A stretch of 64,000 nt of DNA from Phycisphaerales bacterium (GTDB lineage Bacteria; Planctomycetota; Phycisphaerae; Phycisphaerales; UBA5793), in the NCBI GenBank assembly GCA_043101845.1, contig JBICHN010000011.1, positions 756,730-820,729 of the forward strand, in the 5' to 3' direction. Below, in pieces: positions 1 to 9,175 of this stretch. The position numbers were made by a program, and so were the translations under genes. Position 1 is the stretch's first letter. Every line of letters starts with the position of its first letter. Below the pieces are notes generated by a model. That model was not told the DNA's origin. It did no database searches and saw only the letters and a list, made by a program, of their open reading frames with translations.

Positions 1-1853
1 TCGCCGAACTCATGACCGTCGATTCGATCGGCGCGCCCTCGGCGTACGGATCGAGGTACTTCAACCGTGAGCGACGCGGAGATGAGAATCAGTCGATTCT
101 CTATGTGCGCGATCATCTCGATTCCGAGCCACGCGTTCTGATCGATCCAAATGCGCTCGACGAAAAGGGCCTGATTTCTCTCGACTGGTACCGGCCGACA
201 CACGATGGTTCGCTCATGGCGTTCGGGCTCAGCTACGCCGGCTCGGAGAAGTCGACGCTTCATCTCATGAATGTCGACTCCGGTGAATGGCTCGCCGATG
301 AGATTCCCGGCGATGTGAGTGGTGTCTCGTGGTTACCCGACGCGTCGGCGTTTCTCTACCACGACAAAGAGGATCCAAACGACCCGTATTCGACGCGGAT
401 TCGTTTTCATGAGGTCGGTCGCCATCACCGCCAGGATCCGACGCTCTTTCGGCAGGACTCGACCACCTGGGGGCCGGGCGCGTGGCTGAGTCGGGACGGG
501 CGCTGGATGATGCTCATGGACTGGACGGGCACAAACAAAAATGACCTGTTCGTCGTCGACTTCGATCGCTGGCGACGATCCGGTGAGTTCGACCCGATCC
601 CCATCGCCGAGGGACTCGAGGCGACCTTCAGCGGCTCGGTCTACGGCGACACGCTGTACATGGAAACCACGCTCGACGCGCCAAACCGGATGGTGTACGC
701 GGTCGATCTCAACCGGCCGGCCCGAGAAAACTGGAAGGTCGTGATCCCGGAGCGGGATGACGCGGTGCTGTCCGGCGTGTCGACCGCGCGAGGCATGCTC
801 GTCGCGAGTTATGAAGAGAAAGCCCACACGGTAATCGAGCGTTTCACGCTCGACGGCGAGTCGCTCGGCGTGGTCGATCTTCCGGGTATCGGATCGGCCG
901 GAATCACCACGAGCGATGATCGGACCGAGGCGTTTCTCTCATACTCGAGCTTCAACGAGCCGCGCGGCGTGTATCGAATCGAATTGGAATCGAATGAGCG
1001 TTCCCTCTGGGCTCGTCCCGGCATCCCGGTTGATCCGTCAATCGTTGAGGTCAAACAGGTAACCTATGAGTCCAAGGACGGCACGCCCGTCACGATGTTC
1101 ATCGTTCATCGGAAGGGTCTCGAACTCGACGGCTCGAATCCGACGATCATGAGCGGATACGGCGGCTTCAACATCTCAATGACACCGTATTTCTCGAGCA
1201 CGATGTTTCCGTGGTACGAGCGCGGCGGCGTGTTCGCGATGCCGAATCTGCGCGGTGGAGGTGAATACGGCGAGGCCTGGCATCGCGCCGGGATGCTCGA
1301 GAACAAGCAGAATGTGTTCGACGATTTCATCGCTGCGGCCGAGTGGCTCATCGACGAGGGATACACGAATCCGGATCGGCTCGTCGTGTCCGGCGGCTCG
1401 AACGGCGGGCTGCTCACCGGCGCCGCGGTGACGCAGCGTCCGGACCTCTTCTCGGGCGTCATCTCGGCGGTGCCGCTGCTCGACATGCTGCGTTACGAGA
1501 AGTTTCTCATGGCGCGATACTGGGTTCCCGAGTACGGGACCGCCGAGGACGCCGACCAGTTCGCATTTCTCAACGCGTACTCGCCGTACCAGCGAGTCGA
1601 AGAGGGCGTGAAGTACCCGGCGACGCTGCTCACGGCGGGAGAGAATGATTCGCGTGTCCACCCCCTGCATGCTCGGAAAATGGCCGCCGCCATGCAGGCG
1701 GCGACCGCGTCCGACTTCGACGACGAGCCCATCCTGCTCTGGATCGATCGGGAGGCCGGGCACGGCTCCGGGAAACCATTGAGCGCGACCATCCGCGAAG
1801 TCACGGACAGCCGCATCTTCGCCATGTGGCAGACCGGCATGCTCAAGGAGTGA
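1..1853 (+). CDS. Prolyl oligopeptidase (peptidase S9A family), 5' end cut by window edge
   Basis: The frame is open from the window edge through the Met at 12. The C-terminal alpha/beta-hydrolase part carries the GGSNGGLL nucleophile elbow, GENDSRV (Asp) and EAGHG (His). The N-terminal propeller-like part has YFNRERRGDENQSILYVRD and DWYRPTHDGSLMAFGLSYAGSE, typical of prolyl endopeptidases. Confidence 0.85.
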   Translation, partial: AELMTVDSIGAPSAYGSRYFNRERRGDENQSILYVRDHLDSEPRVLIDPNALDEKGLISLDWYRPTHDGSLMAFGLSYAGSEKSTLHLMNVDSGEWLADEIPGDVSGVSWLPDASAFLYHDKEDPNDPYSTRIRFHEVGRHHRQDPTLFRQDSTTWGPGAWLSRDGRWMMLMDWTGTNKNDLFVVDFDRWRRSGEFDPIPIAEGLEATFSGSVYGDTLYMETTLDAPNRMVYAVDLNRPARENWKVVIPERDDAVLSGVSTARGMLVASYEEKAHTVIERFTLDGESLGVVDLPGIGSAGITTSDDRTEAFLSYSSFNEPRGVYRIELESNERSLWARPGIPVDPSIVEVKQVTYESKDGTPVTMFIVHRKGLELDGSNPTIMSGYGGFNISMTPYFSSTMFPWYERGGVFAMPNLRGGGEYGEAWHRAGMLENKQNVFDDFIAAAEWLIDEGYTNPDRLVVSGGSNGGLLTGAAVTQRPDLFSGVISAVPLLDMLRYEKFLMARYWVPEYGTAEDADQFAFLNAYSPYQRVEEGVKYPATLLTAGENDSRVHPLHARKMAAAMQAATASDFDDEPILLWIDREAGHGSGKPLSATIREVTDSRIFAMWQTGMLKE

Positions 1854-1862
1854 TGCGACTCG

Positions 1863-2369
1863 ATGGCGTCTGCGCGGTCGGCCCATTCCGACTTGGAATC
1901 TGCGGATCGACAAGCGTCATTCGCATCGCCGTATCGCTACCAGATTCAGTTCGATCACGCGATGGACGAGGCGTGTTCGCGGTATTTTCGCACCCAGGGA
2001 ACCTGGCTGGAGCGTCGCGGCCCGCATTTCGCGCTCTTCGTCTATCTTGCGTTCGTCGTTCCCGCGGTCTCGATCTGGTTCTTAGGGGCGCCCTGGCTTG
2101 GACCGGTCGTGTTCGTCACCGTGCTGTTCGCGCCCGTGCTGCTCTTCGCTCAATCGATAAGGTTACGGCGCCTTCGTCGCCGCATCATCTGCGATCGACT
2201 CTGCCTGAGCTGTTTCTATCCGCTGCACGGCGCGCCGCTCGACGCGGGCGGCGCCGGTCGTTGCCCGGAATGCGGGTCGCCGTTCACCGTACAGCAGTAC
2301 GAGCGCCCTCCGAAACGAATCCACCGGTATTCAATCAACGACGAGAAAAAGTCTCGCGCTGAATCATGA
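1863..2369 (+). CDS. Hypothetical small membrane protein with C-terminal Cys4 zinc ribbon
   Basis: 168-aa ORF with clear G/C third-position bias. Two hydrophobic helices (FALFVYLAFVVPAVSIWFLGAPWLGPVVFVTVLFAPVLLFA) are followed by CDRLCLSC...RCPECGSPF. No family recognised. Confidence 0.5.
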   Translation: MASARSAHSDLESADRQASFASPYRYQIQFDHAMDEACSRYFRTQGTWLERRGPHFALFVYLAFVVPAVSIWFLGAPWLGPVVFVTVLFAPVLLFAQSIRLRRLRRRIICDRLCLSCFYPLHGAPLDAGGAGRCPECGSPFTVQQYERPPKRIHRYSINDEKKSRAES

Positions 2370-3513
2370 GATCAAGCGTTTGCACGACGAGATCGATTTC
2401 TCGATCCTCAAGCGTCGTGAAGAAAGGCAACGCGATCGTCCGGTGACTGACCGACTCGGTGATCGGAAAGGAGCCGGGCTCAAAGCCGAATCGCTCCCGA
2501 TAGAACGGTTGGAGATGGATGGGGGGGAAGTAGTTGCTCACGCCGATGTCATGTCGGCGCATCCCCGCGATGATGCGGTCGCGCTCGTCCGCGGTAAACT
2601 CGTTGTTCATGCGGACGACGAAGACGAACCAGCTCATTTCCGTGTTCGCGTCGACCGTGGGCAAAATAATGTCCGACGAACCGAGCATGCGGTTGATGTA
2701 CCGGCTGGCTACATAGGCCCGTCGTTCGAGCAGGTCGGGCAGGCGCTTCATCTGCGCGATCCCGAGCGCCGCCTGAATCTCGCTCATCCGGTAGTTGTAC
2801 CCGAGCCGTGGGTGCGCGAGCCAGGAGCCGAGCTCATTCGACTCGCCGCCGACGGCGCGGCCCTGATTTCGGAGAGAACGGCAGAAGTCCGCGAGCCGCT
2901 CTTCGTCGGTCACGATCATGCCGCCTTCGCCGGTCGTGATCTGCTTGTTCGGATAGAAGCCGAACACGCCGAGGCGGCCGAACGACCCGATCGGTCGGCC
3001 CTTATACACGCCGCCGAGTCCTTCGCAGCAGTCTTCGACGAGCGCGATCTCGTGCCGATTCGCGATGTTCGCGAGCTCATCCATACCCGAGGGATTACCG
3101 AACGCCTCGACGGCGAGAATCGCCTTCGTACGCGAAGTGATCGCGGCGCTTACCCGGTCCGGGTCGAGGTTCAGCGTGCGGGGATGGATGTCCACAAAGA
3201 CCGGCGTGGCGCCGACATAGAGAATCGCGTTCGAAGAGGCGATGAACGAGAACGGCGTGGTGATTACTTCATCGCCAGGGCCGATGCCAAGGGCGAGCAG
3301 CGCGAGGTGAAGCCCGGCGGTTCCGCTCGAGACGGCGACGGCGTGTTCGCGTCCGGTGAGCTCGGCGACCCGCGCTTCGAATCCCTCCTGCATAGGACCG
3401 ATGCTGAGTCGACCGCTCCGAAGCGTCTGCGTGACATATTCGACTTCAAGTTCGGTGATGTCGGGCCGGCTGAGGGGGATTTCGCCGTTGCTCATTCTGC
3501 GGAGTCCATGCAA
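2335..3513 (-). CDS. DegT/DnrJ/EryC1/StrS-family PLP-dependent sugar aminotransferase
   Basis: The N-terminus IPLSRPDITELEVEYVTQTLRSGRLSIGP, followed by AVSSGTAGLHLALLALGIGPGDEVITTPFSFIASSN and NYRMSEIQAALGIAQM, is characteristic of this family. Confidence 0.85.
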   Translation of the reverse strand: MHGLRRMSNGEIPLSRPDITELEVEYVTQTLRSGRLSIGPMQEGFEARVAELTGREHAVAVSSGTAGLHLALLALGIGPGDEVITTPFSFIASSNAILYVGATPVFVDIHPRTLNLDPDRVSAAITSRTKAILAVEAFGNPSGMDELANIANRHEIALVEDCCEGLGGVYKGRPIGSFGRLGVFGFYPNKQITTGEGGMIVTDEERLADFCRSLRNQGRAVGGESNELGSWLAHPRLGYNYRMSEIQAALGIAQMKRLPDLLERRAYVASRYINRMLGSSDIILPTVDANTEMSWFVFVVRMNNEFTADERDRIIAGMRRHDIGVSNYFPPIHLQPFYRERFGFEPGSFPITESVSHRTIALPFFTTLEDREIDLVVQTLDLMIQRETFSRR

Positions 3514-3688
3514 GGAGATCGACTGCGGCCGCCGCCGCGGCGCAGTGTAGTCGCACGACCGGTCATCCGCGACTCATCGGTTCAAGTCGGATCGGGCTGG
3601 AGAAAAATCGCAGCGCCGGCCACGAATGACCGGCGCTACGGTCGGAGAGGAGGGGGCGTCGAGGCGGGAGTGGCGCACACTCAGACAA

Positions 3689-5140
3689 TCACGCGCTGCG
3701 TCCTTCATGGGTCAACGCATGGCGGAGCGTGTCAATGAGATACCGCACCGACATCTCCTCCTCATCGGGTCGGACTCGTAAACGGGCGTTCTGGTTGACC
3801 GACTTCGTCACCCGGTCCACCGCCGCCTTGATGGTGCTGTGATTGCGTCGTCCCATCGCCCGGGCAAGTTCGGGATAGCTCATGGAAGTCAGATCCCGCC
3901 CGAGGTACGCCGCGACCGAACGGGCGTCGACGACGGCGCGACGGCGACTCGACCCGCGGATATCGCTCGTCTCCACACCGAATCGCGACGCGACCGAATC
4001 GACGATTCGATCGACCCGAACCGGCTTACGGGGGGCGGTCGACTCGGCGCGGAAGAGGCGGTCGACGAGAATCATGCCGATCTCGCGCGAATCCGATTCG
4101 GAGCCCTCGGAATCGAGTTCCTTGAGCGCCTGGAGCCGCGTGACGGCGCCTTCGAGCTCGCGGACGGAGCCGATGAGCCGATCGCTCAACGCCTCGCTCG
4201 CCGCTTCGTTGAAGCGGAGACCTCGCGCCTCGGCGATGCGCGTCACGATGCGTCGACGGGTGTCACGATCAGGCAGGGCGACTTCGATGACCATTCCGGA
4301 CATGAATCGGCTGATGAGCCGCGCATGGAACTGTTCGATGCGGCGCGGATGTTCATCACTCGCGAGTACGATCCGGGCGCCGGTCATTTCAATCGCGTCG
4401 AATGTGCAGAGAAATTCGTTCTGCGTCGCATTCTTATTCGAGAGGAAATGCACATCGTCGACGGCGAGCAGGTCGAGTTCGCGGATCGACTGCCGGAACT
4501 CCTCGATCCGATTCGTGCGGACCGCGTGAATGTACTGGTTCGTGAACTGCTCACCGGTGTAATAGCGCACCCGGGCGCCAGGACGCCGGGCGAGGAAGCG
4601 GCGACAGACGCCTTGGAGAAGATGGGTCTTGCCCACGCCGCACACCCCGTGAAGGAATAGTGGGCTGTAGGTCTCTTCCCCGTCCGCGACGCGGCAGGCG
4701 GCGTGGTAGGGGAAGCGGTTCGAGTCTCCCACGACGAAGCGATCGAGATCAAAGCGCGGATCGAATCGCGCGCCGCCTGACGGCCGACGCGCCCGAGGCC
4801 TTCGACGATCCGGCGCCGGCGCGTGCGCCGTGGTCTTCCCATTTGATGTGGGCCGCTCGGCGCGCGGATCGCCGAAGGCGTCCGGCTTGATTTCGACCGC
4901 GAGGTCGACCGGTTTTCCCACGGCCGTCGTCGCCACCTCGCAGAGATCGTTTCGGAAATTGCGGGAGATCCAGTCCGCGTGGAAACGGCTGGGCACGGTG
5001 ACATGCACCGTCCCCTCGTCATCGACGCCGATCATCGCGGATTGATCGAACCACAGGCCGTATCGAGTCGGCCCGAGTCGATCAGCGAGATCCTGGCAGA
5101 TGCGCGCAGTGACACCGTTCCCCGGCTTGAGAATCGCCAC
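3689..5140 (-). CDS. dnaA: Chromosomal replication initiator protein DnaA
   Basis: Walker A motif GVCGVGKTHLLQGV. AAA+ core LLAVDDVHFLSNKNATQNEFLCTFD. Domain IV DIRGSSRRRAVVDARSVAAYLGRDLTSMSYPELARAMGRRNHSTIKAAV. The track ORF runs to 5488, but the extra 116 aa are Arg-rich and unlike DnaA. I place the start at GTG 5140 (VAILKPGNGVTARICQDLADRL...LWFDQ), preceded by AAGGAAA. The start is uncertain. Confidence 0.9.
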   Translation of the reverse strand: MAILKPGNGVTARICQDLADRLGPTRYGLWFDQSAMIGVDDEGTVHVTVPSRFHADWISRNFRNDLCEVATTAVGKPVDLAVEIKPDAFGDPRAERPTSNGKTTAHAPAPDRRRPRARRPSGGARFDPRFDLDRFVVGDSNRFPYHAACRVADGEETYSPLFLHGVCGVGKTHLLQGVCRRFLARRPGARVRYYTGEQFTNQYIHAVRTNRIEEFRQSIRELDLLAVDDVHFLSNKNATQNEFLCTFDAIEMTGARIVLASDEHPRRIEQFHARLISRFMSGMVIEVALPDRDTRRRIVTRIAEARGLRFNEAASEALSDRLIGSVRELEGAVTRLQALKELDSEGSESDSREIGMILVDRLFRAESTAPRKPVRVDRIVDSVASRFGVETSDIRGSSRRRAVVDARSVAAYLGRDLTSMSYPELARAMGRRNHSTIKAAVDRVTKSVNQNARLRVRPDEEEMSVRYLIDTLRHALTHEGRSA

Positions 5141-5455
5141 GGTTGTCGTTTCCTTCGTAACTGAGGACCTTGACCACCTGACCCAGTGGTATTGAATCGC
5201 GGTCCCGGGTTGCTTTCTCAGTTGCGCAGGCGTCCGTGGCGCGCCGATCGAGCGTCTTCCATTTACGCTCAGACCAGGGCCGAGAGGAGAAGTCCGGGGG
5301 TGCAGATTCGCCGGCATTGGCACGGTCAGGGTGCTTCCGCCAGATCGAACACTGCGCCGGTCGACTGTCTCGGTCGAGGCTCCGGCGCTCGTCCGTGAGC
5401 AACGCAAGCCTACGACGAAGAAATGATGAACACAAGTGACCGGACGCCGCTCGAT

Positions 5456-5556
5456 TCGTCCACACCACGGGGACCGTCGACGAAACAAGTGTTTGTGACG
5501 CGCAAATTTTTCTGATGCGCACCAATTGTGGACAGAATGGCGAAATGTGTGGACAA
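5456..5556. promoter_or_regulatory. Cluster of three DnaA-box-like 9-mers upstream of dnaA (candidate oriC or dnaA operator)
   Basis: TCGTCCACA at 5456-5464. TGTGGACAG at 5527-5535 (CTGTCCACA on the other strand). TGTGGACAA at 5548-5556 (TTGTCCACA on the other strand). An AT-rich run AAATTTTTCTGAT sits between them at 5504-5516. All lie in the roughly 420-bp non-coding gap 5141-5560. Confidence 0.5.
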
Positions 5557-5560
5557 CGCG

Positions 5561-6175
5561 TCAGGACGCCTGATGCTCGCGCGTCCGGGCGTCGCCGTAG
5601 CCGACGAGAGCAAGCGTCGTCGCCGCGGCGACGCAGCCGAACGCGTTCGATACGAGATCCCACCCCGTGTTCTCGTATCCGCCGACATTCGTTTCGGGGA
5701 GCAGCCGCGTCGCGGCGAACTCGACGAGTTCATTCACGGCGCCGAGTCCAAGGCCCATGAGCGCCGCCGAGACAGGAAGAAGCAGTGTCGTTGGCGGTGT
5801 TCTGCTGAGACGAGGTTGCAGCGCCTCCCAGCAGACCAGGGTCGCCGCCGCGAAGCCGTACGCGTGGACGACATGATCGAATCGAAGCATCCCGTCCACG
5901 AGCCAGAGGTTGTACATCACCGAAGCGTCCGCCCCCGGCGCGGGCACGAGGCCGCCGATCATGTGAACGAGCCCCCAGAGGCTCAACATCCACAGGGCGA
6001 GCCCGCTGAACCGACACATACGATGCGCATAGAGCACGAGCGCGATCACGAGGATCATGCACGCGGCGTAGAACACGAACTCTCGATTCGACTGCAGAAC
6101 CGCGCTGACACCGAATACGGCCATGTATCCGGTGGTAAACGAAGATAACCACGGCCGTTCCCACACAATTCGCAT
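5561..6175 (-). CDS. Polytopic membrane protein, possibly DUF2238/YjdF-like
   Basis: 204 aa with about 6 hydrophobic helices. The C-terminal motif AVNELVEFAATRLLPETNVGGYENTGWDLVSNAFG recalls the YjdF/DUF2238 family. The family call is tentative. Confidence 0.55.
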   Translation of the reverse strand: MRIVWERPWLSSFTTGYMAVFGVSAVLQSNREFVFYAACMILVIALVLYAHRMCRFSGLALWMLSLWGLVHMIGGLVPAPGADASVMYNLWLVDGMLRFDHVVHAYGFAAATLVCWEALQPRLSRTPPTTLLLPVSAALMGLGLGAVNELVEFAATRLLPETNVGGYENTGWDLVSNAFGCVAAATTLALVGYGDARTREHQAS

Positions 6176-6262
6176 CGCTTCACTCTACCCGATGTGCACT
6201 TTCGGCGCCCGGCCACGCCTCGTACCATGTGCGCACAGCAGAAGATGAAGAGGGAGCCGCTC

Positions 6263-6637
6263 ATGCCGCGCCGCACTATTCAACAGTTTCGCGAAGATCG
6301 AGCCGTCGGTCAGGAGCGCGTACTCGCGACCGAGCACCTCGGCATCAAGAGGTTCTTTGCGCTCGACTCCGGCGCCTATCGGGATGGGGCGCTGACCGCG
6401 CGTCAGAAGGAGCTGCTCGGGCTCGTGGCGTCCGCGGTGCTCAGATGCAACGACTGCATCGATTATCATCTCGAGCAGTGTGTGAACGCGGGATTCAGCG
6501 ATGCTGAACTCGAGGACGCCCTCAATGTCGCGCTCGTGGTGGGGGGATCGATCGTCATTCCGCATCTCCGGCATGCCCGGCTGACGCTCGACGAGCTCTT
6601 CGCCGAGCGCGCTGCAGCCGATGGCGCCGACTCCTGA
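6263..6637 (+). CDS. Carboxymuconolactone decarboxylase (AhpD-like) family protein
   Basis: LTARQKELLGLVASAVLRCNDCIDYHLEQCVNAGFSDAELEDALNVALVVGGS shows the AhpD-like CxxC-containing core. The start was chosen at ATG 6263, which has GAGGGAG 7 nt upstream. The track ORF begins at 6194. Confidence 0.8.
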   Translation: MPRRTIQQFREDRAVGQERVLATEHLGIKRFFALDSGAYRDGALTARQKELLGLVASAVLRCNDCIDYHLEQCVNAGFSDAELEDALNVALVVGGSIVIPHLRHARLTLDELFAERAAADGADS

Positions 6638-6682
6638 TCTCTGCAGTCGAGAGCGTCGGCTGGTCGATATACCAGCGACCCC

Positions 6683-7891
6683 ATGGAGACATTGCGCGCC
6701 GGACATGCCGTGGCGTTATGCGTCCTCGCCCTCCTCACGCTCGGGATCGTGATGGTGACCTCCGCCGGTCTGACCATCGACCCGGAGCAGGCGGTGTCGT
6801 TGCAGGGCATTCTGACGAGCCGCACGACGATCTACGCCGCGGTCGCCGTCGGACTCATGATCGCTGGCGCCCACATCGATCCCGCCTCTCTCCATCGACG
6901 ACTTGGGGCGAGATGGAGCCCGGCCTGGCTCATCGTCGGGGTTTCGGTTGTCTTTCTCGTGCTTGTTCAATTCGATGGCGTCGGCCGCGAGGTAAATGGA
7001 GCTCGTCGCTGGATCAATCTCGGTCCGGTCGGACTCAATCTGAGCTTTCAACCGAGCGAACTCGCGAAGTGGGCGACGGTCTACGCGGTGGCGGTGTGGG
7101 GCGTCACACGCGGCCGCGAATCGATGGGACGATTCCTCGCGGGCCTCGCGCCGTGCCTCGCGGGCGTGATGCTCGTCTGCGGTCTGATCGTGGTTGAAGA
7201 TCTCGGAACGGCCGTCCTCATCTGCGCCGTCGCGGTGGTCATGCTCTTTGCCGCGGGAGCCCGCTGGTGGCATCTCGCCGCCCTGGCGCCGGCGCCGCTC
7301 GCCGCGTTCATCGCAGCGCTTCTGACGAGTCCCTATCGGATGGATCGCGTGCATGCGTTCATCGATCCCTATGTCGATCCCGCCGACAAGGGATACCACA
7401 TGATCCAGTCCATGGTCGCCGTCTCGAACGGAGGCGCTACGGGTCGGGGACTCGGACACGGTGTGCAGAAGTTTGGATACCTGCCCGAGGACACGACCGA
7501 CTTCCTGTTCGCGATCATCTGCGAGGAACTCGGAGTCCTCGGCGCGATCCTCGTGGTGTTCCTCTACGGCGCCCTTCTGCTCGCCGGACTCCGGATACTG
7601 CGCCGCCAGCGGGACGACCTCGGCCGTCTCTTCGCCCTTGGCGTCCTGCTCACCATCGGGTTCCAGGCGATCATCAACCTCGCCGTGGTCACCGGGCTCG
7701 CGCCGACGAAGGGAATCGCGTTGCCGCTTCTCTCGTCGGGAGGCACGGGCTGGATGCTCACGGCCCTGTCGCTCGGTGTGCTCGTCGGCATGGACCGCCG
7801 CAGCGCCGTGGACTTGGAGCGCTCCGACGAATCTACTCCCGTCGACGACGGCGTGGTGTCGATCGCCGCTCCGGCTTCACTTGCCGTCTGA
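6683..7891 (+). CDS. SEDS-family peptidoglycan glycosyltransferase (FtsW/RodA/SpoVE)
   Basis: About 10 TM helices. Motifs are RRWINLGPVGLNLSFQPSELAKW, DKGYHMIQSMVAVSNGGATGRGLG, PEDTTDFLFAIICEELGVLGA and GLAPTKGIALPLLSSGGTG. FtsW and RodA cannot be told apart from sequence alone. Confidence 0.9.
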   Translation: METLRAGHAVALCVLALLTLGIVMVTSAGLTIDPEQAVSLQGILTSRTTIYAAVAVGLMIAGAHIDPASLHRRLGARWSPAWLIVGVSVVFLVLVQFDGVGREVNGARRWINLGPVGLNLSFQPSELAKWATVYAVAVWGVTRGRESMGRFLAGLAPCLAGVMLVCGLIVVEDLGTAVLICAVAVVMLFAAGARWWHLAALAPAPLAAFIAALLTSPYRMDRVHAFIDPYVDPADKGYHMIQSMVAVSNGGATGRGLGHGVQKFGYLPEDTTDFLFAIICEELGVLGAILVVFLYGALLLAGLRILRRQRDDLGRLFALGVLLTIGFQAIINLAVVTGLAPTKGIALPLLSSGGTGWMLTALSLGVLVGMDRRSAVDLERSDESTPVDDGVVSIAAPASLAV

Positions 7892-9175
7892 TTCGGGAGT
7901 TGGCTCGCTCGGTCGGGGCCAGGATCGAACCCACGGTCGCCAGAGACGCCAGTCCAGTCGCGCCGGCTGGATGATCTCGAATACCCCGGGCGCGTTTTCG
8001 AGTACGAATTCGTGGGGCGGCTCGCCGCTCTCGAGTGTCGCGCGCGAGAATCCGAAGGCCCGGTGCGGGCGTACGAGACCGGGCGTGGCTCGATCATGGG
8101 TGATCTCGTGCACGCCGTCGATCGACCGCCAGGTCATGGACAGCGGGAACGCGAGAAGCCAGGCGCCTCGTTCATAGTCCGTTTCGGGTGGCCGCTCACA
8201 CCTGGCGATGACGGGCAGTTCGTCCGGCCGGAAGATCATGAGCGTTCCGGCGATCTGAATGAACTTCTTGAGAATGACGAGCTCAGACACGACGGCGCCG
8301 TCACTCCATGAGAGGCGCGCGCAACGCCAGCGCCGAAATCCTTCTCCGAACGGACCCGAACCCCAGAGGTGCTCGACGCTTCCTCGCCACGACTCCGCCC
8401 GTAAGCGTTCGACGCGTCCAAGGGCAGAGCGGAATTCGACCTCACCACTTACCACGGCGCTCGGACACGCGAGCAGCCAGTCGTGTCGAGCCCCGCTGGG
8501 CGAATCGGGCGCTGACGCCCGCTGCACCGTGGTGGTCGAGAACGCGGGCTGAACATTGAGTTCGACTCGGATCGCGCCGTCCGGCGTCGGTCCCGGCCGG
8601 CGGACGCCATCCAGCCCGAGACGCCGGCCAACGCCGCTCGCGACGAGGCGCCATCCGCCACCTTCCGCCTGAAACTGATCGGTGGCGACGCGAATCCACC
8701 ACGGGTTCTCGTTTGTCGCGGCTTCGGCGAAGGCTCCGGGTGGGGCCATGGCGTGGGAATGTGCGACGAGCTGACCCTTCGAAAAGACGACGATTTCAAC
8801 CGCGGGATACGAGGAGGGACGCATGGAGGCGGACTCCACCGCCCGTCCAGCGCGGCCGTCGAAGACTCGCTGTCGATAGTCCGCGTCAAACGGATCGCCA
8901 CGAAAGAACGAGACGATCACTCCGGTACGACTGCGGTCGAACGCAGCGACGCGCCACAGTTCATATCCGCCAAACGCCGTGAGGCGCCGGCTTCGATTAT
9001 GTTCATGGATGCGGTCGGACGGAATCAGCTCGAGGCGCAGTTCCGGGTGCCGCTCGATCAGGTCGGAGGCGTCGATCACGCGGCATGGTAGGGAGACAGG
9101 CGCGAGTCGCGGACGGCTATGATCCAGCTCGGCTCGGAGAGTCTCGCACCGCAGAATGAGGAAGGGTGAAATCAT
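7877..9175 (-). CDS. Hypothetical protein, possibly carotenoid 1,2-hydratase (CrtC / hydroxyneurosporene synthase)-like
   Basis: FGGYELWRVAAFDRSRTGVIVSFFRGDPFDADY resembles the CrtC N-terminal GGYxWWYxDA...FxGSxFSPxY block. GSVEHLWGSGPFGEGFRRWRCARL resembles the GxGYHDxNWG...FxxWxWGR block. The track ORF (to 9616) overlaps the opposite-strand amylase gene, so the start must be at or below 9175. The true start is unresolved. Confidence 0.45.
   Translation of the reverse strand: MISPFLILRCETLRAELDHSRPRLAPVSLPCRVIDASDLIERHPELRLELIPSDRIHEHNRSRRLTAFGGYELWRVAAFDRSRTGVIVSFFRGDPFDADYRQRVFDGRAGRAVESASMRPSSYPAVEIVVFSKGQLVAHSHAMAPPGAFAEAATNENPWWIRVATDQFQAEGGGWRLVASGVGRRLGLDGVRRPGPTPDGAIRVELNVQPAFSTTTVQRASAPDSPSGARHDWLLACPSAVVSGEVEFRSALGRVERLRAESWRGSVEHLWGSGPFGEGFRRWRCARLSWSDGAVVSELVILKKFIQIAGTLMIFRPDELPVIARCERPPETDYERGAWLLAFPLSMTWRSIDGVHEITHDRATPGLVRPHRAFGFSRATLESGEPPHEFVLENAPGVFEIIQPARLDWRLWRPWVRSWPRPSEPTPESDGK

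Noticed and set aside
5141-5488. A 116-aa N-terminal extension of the dnaA ORF in the track.
   Set aside because: The extension is Arg/Ser/Pro-rich and unlike DnaA domain I. The DnaA-like sequence begins at GTG 5140, which has a purine-rich stretch upstream. The region is better explained as the non-coding dnaA upstream or origin region.
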